Shown: piece after piece, positions 24,375-32,000 of the stretch
Position numbering within the stretch: the stretch's first letter is position 1
Layout: each line of letters opens with the position of its first letter
Origin: Alkanindiges illinoisensis DSM 15370
GTDB taxonomy: Bacteria; Pseudomonadota; Gammaproteobacteria; Pseudomonadales; Moraxellaceae
DNA length: 32,000 nt
Direction: 5' to 3'
Assembly: GCF_000619845.1 (NCBI RefSeq)
Contig: NZ_JHUX01000003.1
Coordinates: 400,064-432,063, forward strand
Translations under genes and position numbers: made by a program
The notes under the pieces: model-generated
What the model saw: the letters and a program-made list of their open reading frames with translations, nothing else
Told to the model about the DNA's origin: nothing
Database searches by the model: none

Positions 24375-24454
24375 GCAAATAAGTGGTTTACATAGCATCT
24401 TGCAGTTTGTCTGGTTCACCCCTAAATGTAGCTATTAAGCTTTTGTAGCGTAAG

Positions 24455-24715
24455 TTATTTCATATAACGTTTAATAATCGTCAGCACTTCTTCAAGCTCG
24501 CGCTGGTTTTGTTCATTACCAATATGTTCCCTAAGATGGTTTTCAAGTACTTCATTCATGAGGCCATTCACGGCACCCTGAATTGCAGCAATCTGCTGTA
24601 GCACCTTTAAGCATTCAATATCCTGGCCTAATGCGTCTTCCAGCGCATTCACCTGTCCTTTTATTCTGCGGATACGACTAATTAACTTATTTTTATCGCC
24701 GTGGATATGACTCAT
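24455..24715 (-). CDS. rcnR: RcnR/DmeR-type Ni/Co-responsive repressor (CsoR/RcnR/FrmR family, DUF156)
   Basis: It is 86 aa, starting [11 protein letters not shown]..., and collinear with E. coli RcnR as I recall it (MSHTIRDKQKL...[20 protein letters not shown]). The ligand fingerprint His3-Cys35-His60-His64 (H-C-H-H) is present. The upstream part of the listed ORF is not protein-like. Confidence 0.9.
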   Translation of the reverse strand: [86 protein letters not shown]

Positions 24716-24736
24716 CGTAAAAATTCCTAAAATAAA

Positions 24737-24757
24737 ATATACTGGTGGGGAGTATAT
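24737..24757. promoter_or_regulatory. RcnR-type operator (TACT-G-tract-AGTA) in the 68-bp rcnR/CDF divergent region
   Basis: ATATACT-GGTGGGG-AGTATAT: perfect 7-bp inverted arms flank a G-rich 7-mer. This matches the published E. coli RcnR site architecture TACT-G6-N-AGTA. Confidence 0.7.
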
Positions 24758-24783
24758 TAACAATAATTGATAGGCAAAACAGT

Positions 24784-25719
24784 ATGTCTGATTCCAGAGT
24801 TCATCACCATCAATTTGATACAGGCAATCCACTGGCTCAACGTAATGTTTTAATTGCAGTGATTATCACCGTGGTCATGATGGTGATAGAGATTGCTGGA
24901 GGTGCATACTTTAACTCGATGGCTTTGCTTGCTGATGGCTGGCATATGAGTTCGCATGCACTGGCGCTGGGATTGGCCTATGGGGCATATGTAGCGGCTA
25001 GATATCTCGCCCATGATCAACGCTTTTGTTTTGGGACATGGAAAATAGAAATACTGGGTGGATTTACCAGTGCCATTCTTCTATCGGTAGTCGCTGCTGC
25101 CATGTTGTTTTATTCTGTAGAGCGCTTATTTAATCCAGTCACGATTTATTATAACCAGGCCATTTTGATTGCGGTCATTGGCTTAGGCGTTAATCTGGTC
25201 TGTGCCTGGCTGCTCAAGGATAACCATCATCATTCACATGACGAGCATAGCCATCATAGTCATCACCATCACGTACATCACCATGACTTAAACCAGAAAG
25301 CAGCGTATTTGCATGTACTGGCTGATGCAGCGACGTCAGTGCTGGCGATCATTGCTTTACTGGCAGGCAAGTTTTTTCACTTAAATTGGCTAGACCCGGT
25401 ACTGGGAATCGTAGGTTCAGGCTTAGTAGCGGTATGGGCTTTTGGACTCATTAAAAGTACCAGCAAGATATTACTAGACGCTGAGATGGATGAGCCGGTG
25501 GTAGACGAGGTGAGAGAAGTGATCCATGAGATGTCATCAAATATTCAAATCACTGATCTACACGTGTGGAAAGTCGGTAAGGGCAAGTATGCCTGTATTT
25601 TAGCGTTGTTTTCACCAATTCCATTAAGTGCAGATGCGGTGCGGGAGAAATTAAGCATTCACGAAGAACTGGTGCATATCAGTGTTGAAATTAATCATCA
25701 ACACAGAACCCATATATAA
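24784..25719 (+). CDS. dmeF: Cation diffusion facilitator (CDF) metal exporter, DmeF/CzcD-like, His-rich
   Basis: It has six TM helices with the CDF signature (LLADGWHMSSHALAL; HVLADAATSVLAI). A cytoplasmic His-rich loop reads NHHHSHDEHSHHSHHHHVHHHD, and the N-terminus contains HHH. The symbol is inferred from the pairing with an RcnR-type regulator. Confidence 0.85.
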   Translation: MSDSRVHHHQFDTGNPLAQRNVLIAVIITVVMMVIEIAGGAYFNSMALLADGWHMSSHALALGLAYGAYVAARYLAHDQRFCFGTWKIEILGGFTSAILLSVVAAAMLFYSVERLFNPVTIYYNQAILIAVIGLGVNLVCAWLLKDNHHHSHDEHSHHSHHHHVHHHDLNQKAAYLHVLADAATSVLAIIALLAGKFFHLNWLDPVLGIVGSGLVAVWAFGLIKSTSKILLDAEMDEPVVDEVREVIHEMSSNIQITDLHVWKVGKGKYACILALFSPIPLSADAVREKLSIHEELVHISVEINHQHRTHI

Positions 25720-25981
25720 AATTCTGGTTAACAGGTCTGTGTTCCCAGCCTTGATTGAGACATCAGGGCTCACAAGCAGAATTATCGATGTTAGATATTC
25801 TTGCAAATAGAGCGTATGGCCATTTAACCTATTCGCTATATTCATTGATCAGTAAAAACCGATTGATCATGGTATCAAGGCAAAGGCAGTAATCAGTATT
25901 ATTTTGTAGGCACCAGTATTTTTATACACAGGCTTGATACGTAAGTTTGCGCTTAAAATAATACATTGATTTTTATAGTGG

Positions 25982-27337
25982 TTATTTTTTGATGTTCATC
26001 AAATAGTCAGCTAAAGCTTCATAGGCTGGCAGTGAGGTAGCATCGTTGGCACTATTGGCTGCTACTGGATGGGATGCAAATCGAACTATGACCATTTCAG
26101 CCGTGGGGTCGATATAAATAGTCTGACCATGCACACCACGCGCTGTAAATGCACCATGGGCGTTGCCCTTATGCCACCACATATCACGATAAGACCAGTT
26201 GGTTAGCTCCGGATGATCTCCCTTGACAAATGCAGTCTTACTTCCACCTGCTGCAATTTCCTCAACGGCTTGCGCAGGAATAATTTGCTTACCTTGCCAT
26301 ACACCGTGATTACGAATCAATTCACCAAAACGAGCCATATCGCGTAAGCCAGCATTAAAGCCCCCACCTGCAAATGGTACACCTAATTCATCGACTGAAT
26401 AATAGCTATCTTGTTCCATGCCCAGCTTGCTCCAGATACGCTCGCTCAGTAACTGGTTGACAGACTGTCCACTGGCGCGTGCGACCAGCCAGCCTGCCAA
26501 GTCAGCATTTGGGGTTTTATAACCAAAAGCTTCACCATGTTTTCCTAACTTTTTAACAGTTTCTAGGGCTTGATAATAGCCAATAGCACCTTTATAGCCT
26601 TGTGGTTTTGGTAAGGGATTACCTGCGGCCGAATAACTCCAGATTTCCGCTTTTGGATTGGCGTAATCTTCACTAAATTGCAATGCAGTAGTCATATCCA
26701 GGACTTGTCGTACCGTAGCATCGGCAAAGGCAGAGCTTTTAAGCTCAGGAATATAATCAATGACTAATTTTTTATCATCTAGCTTGCCTTCTGCCACCAA
26801 TATGGCAGCTAATGTGCCTGTTAATGACTTGGTCACTGACATGGCTGCATGTTGTTTATCTGGCGTCAAAGCACCCAGATAGCGCTCATAGACAATATGC
26901 CCTTGATGCAACACGATAATGCCATCGGTATAATTTTGTGCTAGTGAGTCCTGCCAGGTTATATCCTGCTTGGTATGCAGTGGGCGAAATCTGATGGCAT
27001 CAATTTTTGGGTCAGGTTGATAAGATAGAGTAGAGGGTGCCAATAATCCACGTGATACATTAACAGTTGGCATAAAATCCCGCATATGCACCACACTCCA
27101 GCGCATGGCAGGAAACTCAAAAAAAGAGCCATCGGCAAATCTTAATTGCTTATCTTTAGGTGGTGGAAAACCCTGCATCCAGCGTAATTTGACAGGATCA
27201 CTCTCTTGTGCTGATAAATACTGTGGTTTGTTAGGCATTGCATGGGCATAAATCTGCACCAAGAAAGCAGAGGCACCTAATAGTGCTGGTATCGTACATT
27301 GCAGCCAGGTCGCGTATTTTTTTGTTCTAGCCAACAT
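25982..27337 (-). CDS. Exported serine hydrolase of the beta-lactamase/transpeptidase-like fold (class C / 6-aminohexanoate-dimer-hydrolase-like)
   Basis: It has a signal peptide (…ALLGASAFLVQIYAHA). The SxxK motif is AMSVTKSLTG and there is a YAN motif (DYANP). The length of 451 aa is typical of EstB/NylB-like enzymes. Confidence 0.8.
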   Translation of the reverse strand: MLARTKKYATWLQCTIPALLGASAFLVQIYAHAMPNKPQYLSAQESDPVKLRWMQGFPPPKDKQLRFADGSFFEFPAMRWSVVHMRDFMPTVNVSRGLLAPSTLSYQPDPKIDAIRFRPLHTKQDITWQDSLAQNYTDGIIVLHQGHIVYERYLGALTPDKQHAAMSVTKSLTGTLAAILVAEGKLDDKKLVIDYIPELKSSAFADATVRQVLDMTTALQFSEDYANPKAEIWSYSAAGNPLPKPQGYKGAIGYYQALETVKKLGKHGEAFGYKTPNADLAGWLVARASGQSVNQLLSERIWSKLGMEQDSYYSVDELGVPFAGGGFNAGLRDMARFGELIRNHGVWQGKQIIPAQAVEEIAAGGSKTAFVKGDHPELTNWSYRDMWWHKGNAHGAFTARGVHGQTIYIDPTAEMVIVRFASHPVAANSANDATSLPAYEALADYLMNIKK

Positions 27338-27689
27338 GATTTGCTCCTTACCTGAACTGCATGATGAAAGTGTCGATTATCTATTTTTAATGTATTTGAA
27401 ATATCTCGTGTTAAAAGCAATGACTGCCCGCAATTTCATCTTTCTGATATAACATGGGCTATGCCAATATCAGTCTTCCAGTGTTGATAGCATACTTACA
27501 CATCGAGTTTCTTGATTTTTTGTTACTTCGCGTTTGTGGTTGAGAAGGCTTTAAAACTTATGATCACTTTATTTAGGGATCTATCTATTAAGCTAGATGG
27601 GAATGATGATGTATAAAAGGTTAATTTAAATGATTGGATACTTCGGTGGCATATGAAGATAAAAACTACAATCTCATATAATCGAAATT

Positions 27690-28106
27690 TTAATGATCCT
27701 TGTATGGTTCTTTATTATCTTCTATCCGCTCTTCCAGTTCCTCACAAGCCTCTTTAGCCAATATCTGGTATTTTTTCCGGTAAGCTTCCAGCTCGGCACT
27801 ATTTAAGTTTTCCAGATTAAGCAAAGCATTATCAGCAGCCTTTTTGACCCGGATTAATTCATCAAGTTTAAGTTGAATCGCAGTTGTATCAGAGTTTTGG
27901 GTATTTTGGATCAGGAAAACCATTAAGAAGGTAATGATGGTTGTGCCGGTATTGATGACCAGTTGCCAGGTATCACTATAATGAAAAACAGGACCAGATA
28001 CTGCCCACGCAATAACGACAATGACTGCAATTAAAAAGGTCGCCGGACGACCTGAGTATTTGGCTGCTCCCCGTGCAATGGCTTCATAGTAGTGCATCAG
28101 CTTCAT
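27690..28106 (-). CDS. Low-affinity iron permease (Fet4-like, PF04120) family membrane protein
   Basis: GRPATFLIAVIVVIAWAVSGPVFHYSDTWQLVINTGTTIITFLMVFLIQNTQNSDTTAIQLKLDELIR matches the family core as I recall it (two TM helices, then the LIQN.QN.D..A...KLDELI segment). Confidence 0.7.
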   Translation of the reverse strand: MKLMHYYEAIARGAAKYSGRPATFLIAVIVVIAWAVSGPVFHYSDTWQLVINTGTTIITFLMVFLIQNTQNSDTTAIQLKLDELIRVKKAADNALLNLENLNSAELEAYRKKYQILAKEACEELEERIEDNKEPYKDH

Positions 28107-28455
28107 TTAATATTCTCCCTAGCCTTAAGTGAATATTAAATGAGACAACAACAACTTATGTAGCGTTAGCCTGTAAGTTTATTAATACTCTGCGTAATCG
28201 GGGTATGACGCAAATCACATTGCGGATCAGGTGGGATTGATCTGTATCTTATTGACTTAAGGTGACTTGATCTGTAGGTATCTTTTATCTACTGCGTCAG
28301 TTTCTTCTTGGTAAGACAAAAAAGGCTTAGTAAATTTTTTGCTAAATTTATTCCAAAGCGGCAACAAGCCATCAACAAAGCTCATATAGGGTTAAGCGTC
28401 TATACAGCTCACAATTGAATATTCTATTTATTCAGTTTCAGTTGGGAGACTTCTG

Positions 28456-28788
28456 ATGCAAATGATGAATAACTTATCTGAGTGTGCCAAAGCCTGTATT
28501 GAATGCTCACTTGCCTGTACCCATTGTGCTTATGCGTGTTTAAGAGAAGAAGATGTAGAAATGATGCGAGAGTGCATTCAGCGCTGTCTGGAATGTACTG
28601 AGCTATGCAAATTATGTGCTTCATTTGACCAGCGGCAATCAGTCCTCACTTCGAAACTTTGTGCTGTCTGTGCTGAGGCATGCGAACGCTGCTTTGATGA
28701 ATGCAGTACCCACAAGGATGATCATTGCCAGCGCTGTGCCCAAGCCTGTAAAAAATGTGCAGAAGAATGTCGCAAAATGGCCGCATAA
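28456..28788 (+). CDS. Four-helix-bundle Cys-rich copper-binding protein (DUF326 / Csp3-like)
   Basis: It is 110 aa with 19 Cys in repeated CxxxC/CxxC helical spacing (CAKACIECSLACTHCAYAC...CIQRCLECTELCKLC...CAVCAEACERCFDEC...CQRCAQACKKCAEEC). There is no signal peptide. GGGAGA precedes the ATG. Confidence 0.8.
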   Translation: MQMMNNLSECAKACIECSLACTHCAYACLREEDVEMMRECIQRCLECTELCKLCASFDQRQSVLTSKLCAVCAEACERCFDECSTHKDDHCQRCAQACKKCAEECRKMAA

Positions 28789-28805
28789 GTTGTAAGAGGC
28801 TGATT

Positions 28806-28845
28806 AACGGCAACGCTTCCCTTTTGCTGGGGTTGCCGTTTTAAA
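28806..28845 (+). terminator. Rho-independent terminator after the DUF326 gene
   Basis: AACGGCAAC (28806-14) pairs with GTTGCCGTT (28832-40), with a 17-nt loop. It is followed by TTTTAAA. Confidence 0.55.
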
Positions 28846-28849
28846 CTGG

Positions 28850-29086
28850 TTATTGAACATTTGCCGGAAAACCATCTTCTGCTAAAGCAGTTGTGATTTG
28901 ATTAGCACTTGCCTTGGTTTCAACACTAACCACTTTGGTTGATAAATCTATCTCTACTTTAGCATCTGGATCAACATCATGAATGGTTGCGGTTATAGGA
29001 GTAATGCAGAGTGCTTGGATAGATTGCCTGATACTGATGGGAAAGTATTGAGATGCCTGAGCAAAATGGCTGCGATATCCCATCAT
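28850..29086 (-). CDS. HMA (CopZ-like ferredoxin-fold) domain protein with a degenerate metal-binding loop
   Basis: The C-terminal two-thirds (ITATIHDVDPDAKVEIDLSTKVVSVETKASANQITTALAEDGFPA) is collinear with CopZ-type HMA domains. Where GMxCxxC is expected, the sequence reads RQSIQALC, with only the second Cys retained. Confidence 0.55.
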   Translation of the reverse strand: MMGYRSHFAQASQYFPISIRQSIQALCITPITATIHDVDPDAKVEIDLSTKVVSVETKASANQITTALAEDGFPANVQ

Positions 29087-29455
29087 GTTATTAATAAGCT
29101 GGGTCTGTGAATAAGCAGGCTCTCATCAAAGCTATTAGTAATGATGTGTTTTATTTTACTGATGAGACTTTAAGGCATGCACTACAAATGAAACCTTTGA
29201 GCATCTAGATTGCTCCATTAGGGTGCAAGTGATGGCATACACCGGACTGATAGTAATTGCGATAGCTGTGCTAGCGTTATCACTCGGATTTAAGTCCTAT
29301 CTTAAGTGAAATAGCATACCTTTTAAGCAAACACTGATAATCAGCAGAAAGATTTGCTTAATGTCAGGAAATGATGTGTTGCTGGGATTTATTGATTTTG
29401 CTAATACTCTCACTATGAACAATGATGTCTTCAAATCAGAGTGGTGGTGAAAGTA

Positions 29456-30289
29456 ATGTGGCAAGCAAAGTTATCACTGGGCTTTGAGAGACAAATCAAT
29501 CGCACCATTTTGAAGCATCGTAAACATAATGGCCCACTTCGGGTGCAAAAAGCGCTTTGGCCAGAAGCCACCGGTGTATGCCATGTGATTATTGTACATC
29601 CACCAGCAGGCTTTGCAGGCGGTGATGAGTTAAGTATTGAGATTAGCGTTGGACAGGATAGCCATGCCCTGATCACCACGCCGGGAGCTGGCAAGTGGTA
29701 CGCCAGTACCGGACAAACTGCGAGGCAAGCGATTGAGTTACAGGTGGCTGACAATGCCATTTTAGAGTGGCTACCGCAGGAAACCATGCTGTTTAACCAA
29801 GCCATTGCAGAAAGTCAGACCACCATTCATTTGGTTACGAGTGCTGCTTTTATCGGCTGGGATATTCTGGTGATTGGCCGCCAGTCCCGTGCGGAAAAAT
29901 TTGACACAGGACAATATCATAACCAGTTAAATCTCTGGCAAAACGGGCAGTTGCTCGTTAAGGATCAATTGGCTTTCAAGGGGAATGATCGCTGGCTAAG
30001 CTCACCGTTAGGGATAAACCAGCAAGCCGTAAGCGGTGCATTTTATGCAGTGCCACCGCAAATCTGCCGCGATGAGGCCAAACTGGATGAACATATTAAT
30101 ATTTTACGGGACTTGATGAGCCGGATGAAAGTGCCCGTGCATTTAACCCGCTTGGGCTATACCGTGATCGCGCGTTACCTGGGCAACGATACCCGGCAAT
30201 GTCTGGATGCCTTTGCAGGTTTGCGCGCCAAATGCCGCCGCGAATGGTTTGGTCTGGATGAAGAACTCCCAAGGATCTGGAAAACCTGA
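29456..30289 (+). CDS. ureD: Urease accessory protein UreD
   Basis: WQAKLSLGFERQ..RTIL.HRKH.GPLRVQKALWPE...C.V.IVHPPAG.AGGD.L is the UreD N-terminal signature. The ATG at 29456 is preferred, and the GTG at 29441 is possible. Confidence 0.85.
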   Translation: MWQAKLSLGFERQINRTILKHRKHNGPLRVQKALWPEATGVCHVIIVHPPAGFAGGDELSIEISVGQDSHALITTPGAGKWYASTGQTARQAIELQVADNAILEWLPQETMLFNQAIAESQTTIHLVTSAAFIGWDILVIGRQSRAEKFDTGQYHNQLNLWQNGQLLVKDQLAFKGNDRWLSSPLGINQQAVSGAFYAVPPQICRDEAKLDEHINILRDLMSRMKVPVHLTRLGYTVIARYLGNDTRQCLDAFAGLRAKCRREWFGLDEELPRIWKT

Positions 30290-30379
30290 TACTTATATCA
30301 ATTGCTGGTTTATTCATCATTAAACGCAAAATTTGCATACTTCTTGCTTTTATTAAAATGTTAACAAAAGAGCTTACCT

Positions 30380-30682
30380 ATGGAACTGACCCCAACCGAA
30401 AAAGACAAGATGCTAATTTTTACTGCCGGGCTGGTGGCAGAACGGCGAAAAGCTCGTGGATTAAAGCTCAATTATCCCGAAGCAGTTGCCTATATTTCCG
30501 CAGCACTACTGGAAGGGGCACGTGATGGCCGTAGTGTGAGTGATCTGATGCATTATGGTACGACACTGCTGACGCGGGATGATGTGATGGATGGCGTGGC
30601 AGACATGATTGCCGAGGTTCAGGTGGAAGCGACCTTTCCCGATGGTAGCAAGCTGGTGACCGTGCATCAGCCTATTATGTAA
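30380..30682 (+). CDS. ureA: Urease subunit gamma
   Basis: [40 protein letters not shown]... is near-universal UreA sequence. Length is 100 aa. Confidence 0.95.
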   Translation: MELTPTEKDKMLIFTAGLVAERRKARGLKLNYPEAVAYISAALLEGARDGRSVSDLMHYGTTLLTRDDVMDGVADMIAEVQVEATFPDGSKLVTVHQPIM

Positions 30683-30705
30683 ATAGCAATAATAAGGAAC
30701 AGTAC

Positions 30706-31011
30706 ATGATTCCCGGTGAAACTTTTGTGGAAGCTGGTGACATTGAAATTAATGCAGGCCGTCAAACTATGCGAATTGATGTCAGCAACCATGGGGATCG
30801 TCCCATCCAAATTGGTTCGCACTTTCATTTTTATGAAGTCAATGACTCACTGGTATTTGAGCGTGAGCAAAGCAAAGGCTTTCGCCTGAATATTCCAGCG
30901 GGTACAGCCGTGCGTTTTGAGCCGGGGCAAGTGCGGCAGGTTGAACTGGTAGCCCTTGCCGGCAAGCGTGAAGTGTATGGCTTTGCCGGACGGGTAATGG
31001 GCGCACTTTAA
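30706..31011 (+). CDS. ureB: Urease subunit beta
   Basis: MIPGE....G.IE.NAGR......V.N.GDRPIQ.GSH.HF.E.N..L.F.R....[15 protein letters not shown] is the canonical UreB pattern. Confidence 0.95.
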   Translation: MIPGETFVEAGDIEINAGRQTMRIDVSNHGDRPIQIGSHFHFYEVNDSLVFEREQSKGFRLNIPAGTAVRFEPGQVRQVELVALAGKREVYGFAGRVMGAL

Positions 31012-31052
31012 TTGTTAAAGAAAAAAATAGAAGATTTTAGGAAGCATACCCT

Positions 31053-32000
31053 ATGAAAATGTCGCGCCGTGCTTATAGTGAAATGTTTGGCCCGACCAAA
31101 GGTGACCGGGTTCGGCTGGCAGATACCGAACTGCTGCTTGAGGTTGAACACGACTACACCTGCTATGGTGAAGAGGTGAAATTTGGTGGCGGCAAGGTCA
31201 TTCGGGATGGTATGGGCCAGTCCCAGCTGAATGCTGAATTTGTCGCCGATACCGTAATTACCAATGCGCTGATTGTGGACTGGTGGGGTATTGTTAAAGC
31301 CGATGTGGGGCTTAAAAATGGCCGGATCTGGAAAATTGGTAAGGCGGGTAATCCCGATATTCAGCCTGATATTGATATTCCGCTAGGGGCAGCGACCGAA
31401 GTGATTGCCGGTGAAGGGCAGATTTTAACCGCAGGCGGCGTGGATACCCATATTCACTGGATTTGCCCGCAACAGGTGGAAACCGCCTTAATGTCCGGTG
31501 TAACGACCATGATTGGTGGTGGTACGGGGCCTGCTGCTGGAACATCTGCCACCACAGTGACGCCGGGGCCGTGGCATATTGCGACCATGTTGAAATCAAT
31601 TGATAGCCTGCCGATGAATATTGGCTTGCTGGGTAAAGGGAATTTAAGTTTGCCTGAGCCCATTGCCGAGCAAATCAGGGCAGGTGTGGTGGGCTTAAAG
31701 CTGCATGAGGACTGGGGATCAACCCCGGCAGCAATTGATAACTGCCTGACGGTGGCTGACCAGTACGATGTGCAGGTTGCCATCCATACCGATACCTTGA
31801 ATGAAAGCGGTTTTCTGGAAGCTACCTTAGGCGCATTTAAGGACCGCACTATTCATACCTATCATACTGAAGGCGCAGGCGGTGGCCATGCACCCGACAT
31901 TTTAAAAGCGATTGGGCAGGCCAATGTGTTGCCGTCCTCAACCAATCCCACCCGTCCGTACACCATCAACACTATTGATGAGCATCTGGACATGCTGATG
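31053..32000 (+). CDS. ureC: Urease subunit alpha, N-terminal 316 codons (runs off the window)
   Basis: The ATG at 31053 gives [55 protein letters not shown]... It contains the nickel-site motif [14 protein letters not shown] and the carbamylated-Lys region (GLKLHEDWG). It is absent from the ORF track only because no stop lies in the window. Confidence 0.95.
   Translation, partial: MKMSRRAYSEMFGPTKGDRVRLADTELLLEVEHDYTCYGEEVKFGGGKVIRDGMGQSQLNAEFVADTVITNALIVDWWGIVKADVGLKNGRIWKIGKAGNPDIQPDIDIPLGAATEVIAGEGQILTAGGVDTHIHWICPQQVETALMSGVTTMIGGGTGPAAGTSATTVTPGPWHIATMLKSIDSLPMNIGLLGKGNLSLPEPIAEQIRAGVVGLKLHEDWGSTPAAIDNCLTVADQYDVQVAIHTDTLNESGFLEATLGAFKDRTIHTYHTEGAGGGHAPDILKAIGQANVLPSSTNPTRPYTINTIDEHLDMLM

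Noticed and set aside
24716-24783. NiCo (czcD-motif) riboswitch upstream of the CDF gene
   Set aside because: The leader is at most 68 nt and is occupied by the RcnR-type palindrome. That is too short for the ~90-nt four-way junction of the NiCo riboswitch.
29431-31849. Antisense ORFs over ureD and ureC (29431-29805, 30096-30338, 31312-31599, 31454-31849)
   Set aside because: They lie opposite unmistakable urease coding frames.
1-32000. CRISPR arrays, rRNA, tRNA, intact IS elements or transposases, and known multi-gene phage-defence operons
   Set aside because: I saw no regularly spaced direct repeats, no structured-RNA signatures, no transposase-like ORFs and no nuclease/helicase/ATPase clusters. 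The only mobile-element traces are the integrase stub and gene remnants listed above.

Overview
This 32 kb chromosomal window is from a gammaproteobacterium. Gene content and protein style look Moraxellaceae/Acinetobacter-like, which is an inference and has not been checked by search. There are no rRNA or tRNA genes, CRISPR arrays or intact mobile elements. Reading left to right:

- the 3' part of an ABC permease
- a class-II Fic protein beside a frameshifted P4-type integrase stub
- about 15 kb of regulator-plus-detoxification modules: TetR-MdaB, DUF2147, an ADC-like/ALDH/quinone-oxidoreductase block with a duplicated ADC-like gene, a haloperoxidase-type hydrolase, MerR, an exported DJ-1/Hsp31-like protein plus an NAD epimerase, AraC plus an orphan 511-aa protein, and HxlR-SDR
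- a LysR-controlled EmrA-EmrB-OMF efflux operon
- an AT-rich islet holding a phospholipase C remnant and two orphan ORFs
- a metal block: RcnR/DmeR with a CDF exporter, a serine hydrolase, a Fet4-like permease, a DUF326 Cys-rich protein and a degenerate HMA protein
- the start of the urease operon, ureDABC, with ureC running off the window

The most interesting signal is regulatory rather than a single gene. Six intergenic promoters share the same unusual design: TTGAC[C/A], an exactly 19-bp spacer holding a 7-2-7 dyad (TTmAAGT-NN-RCTTTAR), then a -10 hexamer. That is the hallmark of MerR-type activation. They sit in front of the two ADC-like paralogs, the hydrolase, the DJ-1/epimerase pair and the merR gene itself. 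This predicts an undescribed MerR-family carbonyl/electrophile regulon with both cytoplasmic and exported arms.

All functional calls rest on motifs I recognised by eye and on recall of protein families. No database search was possible.
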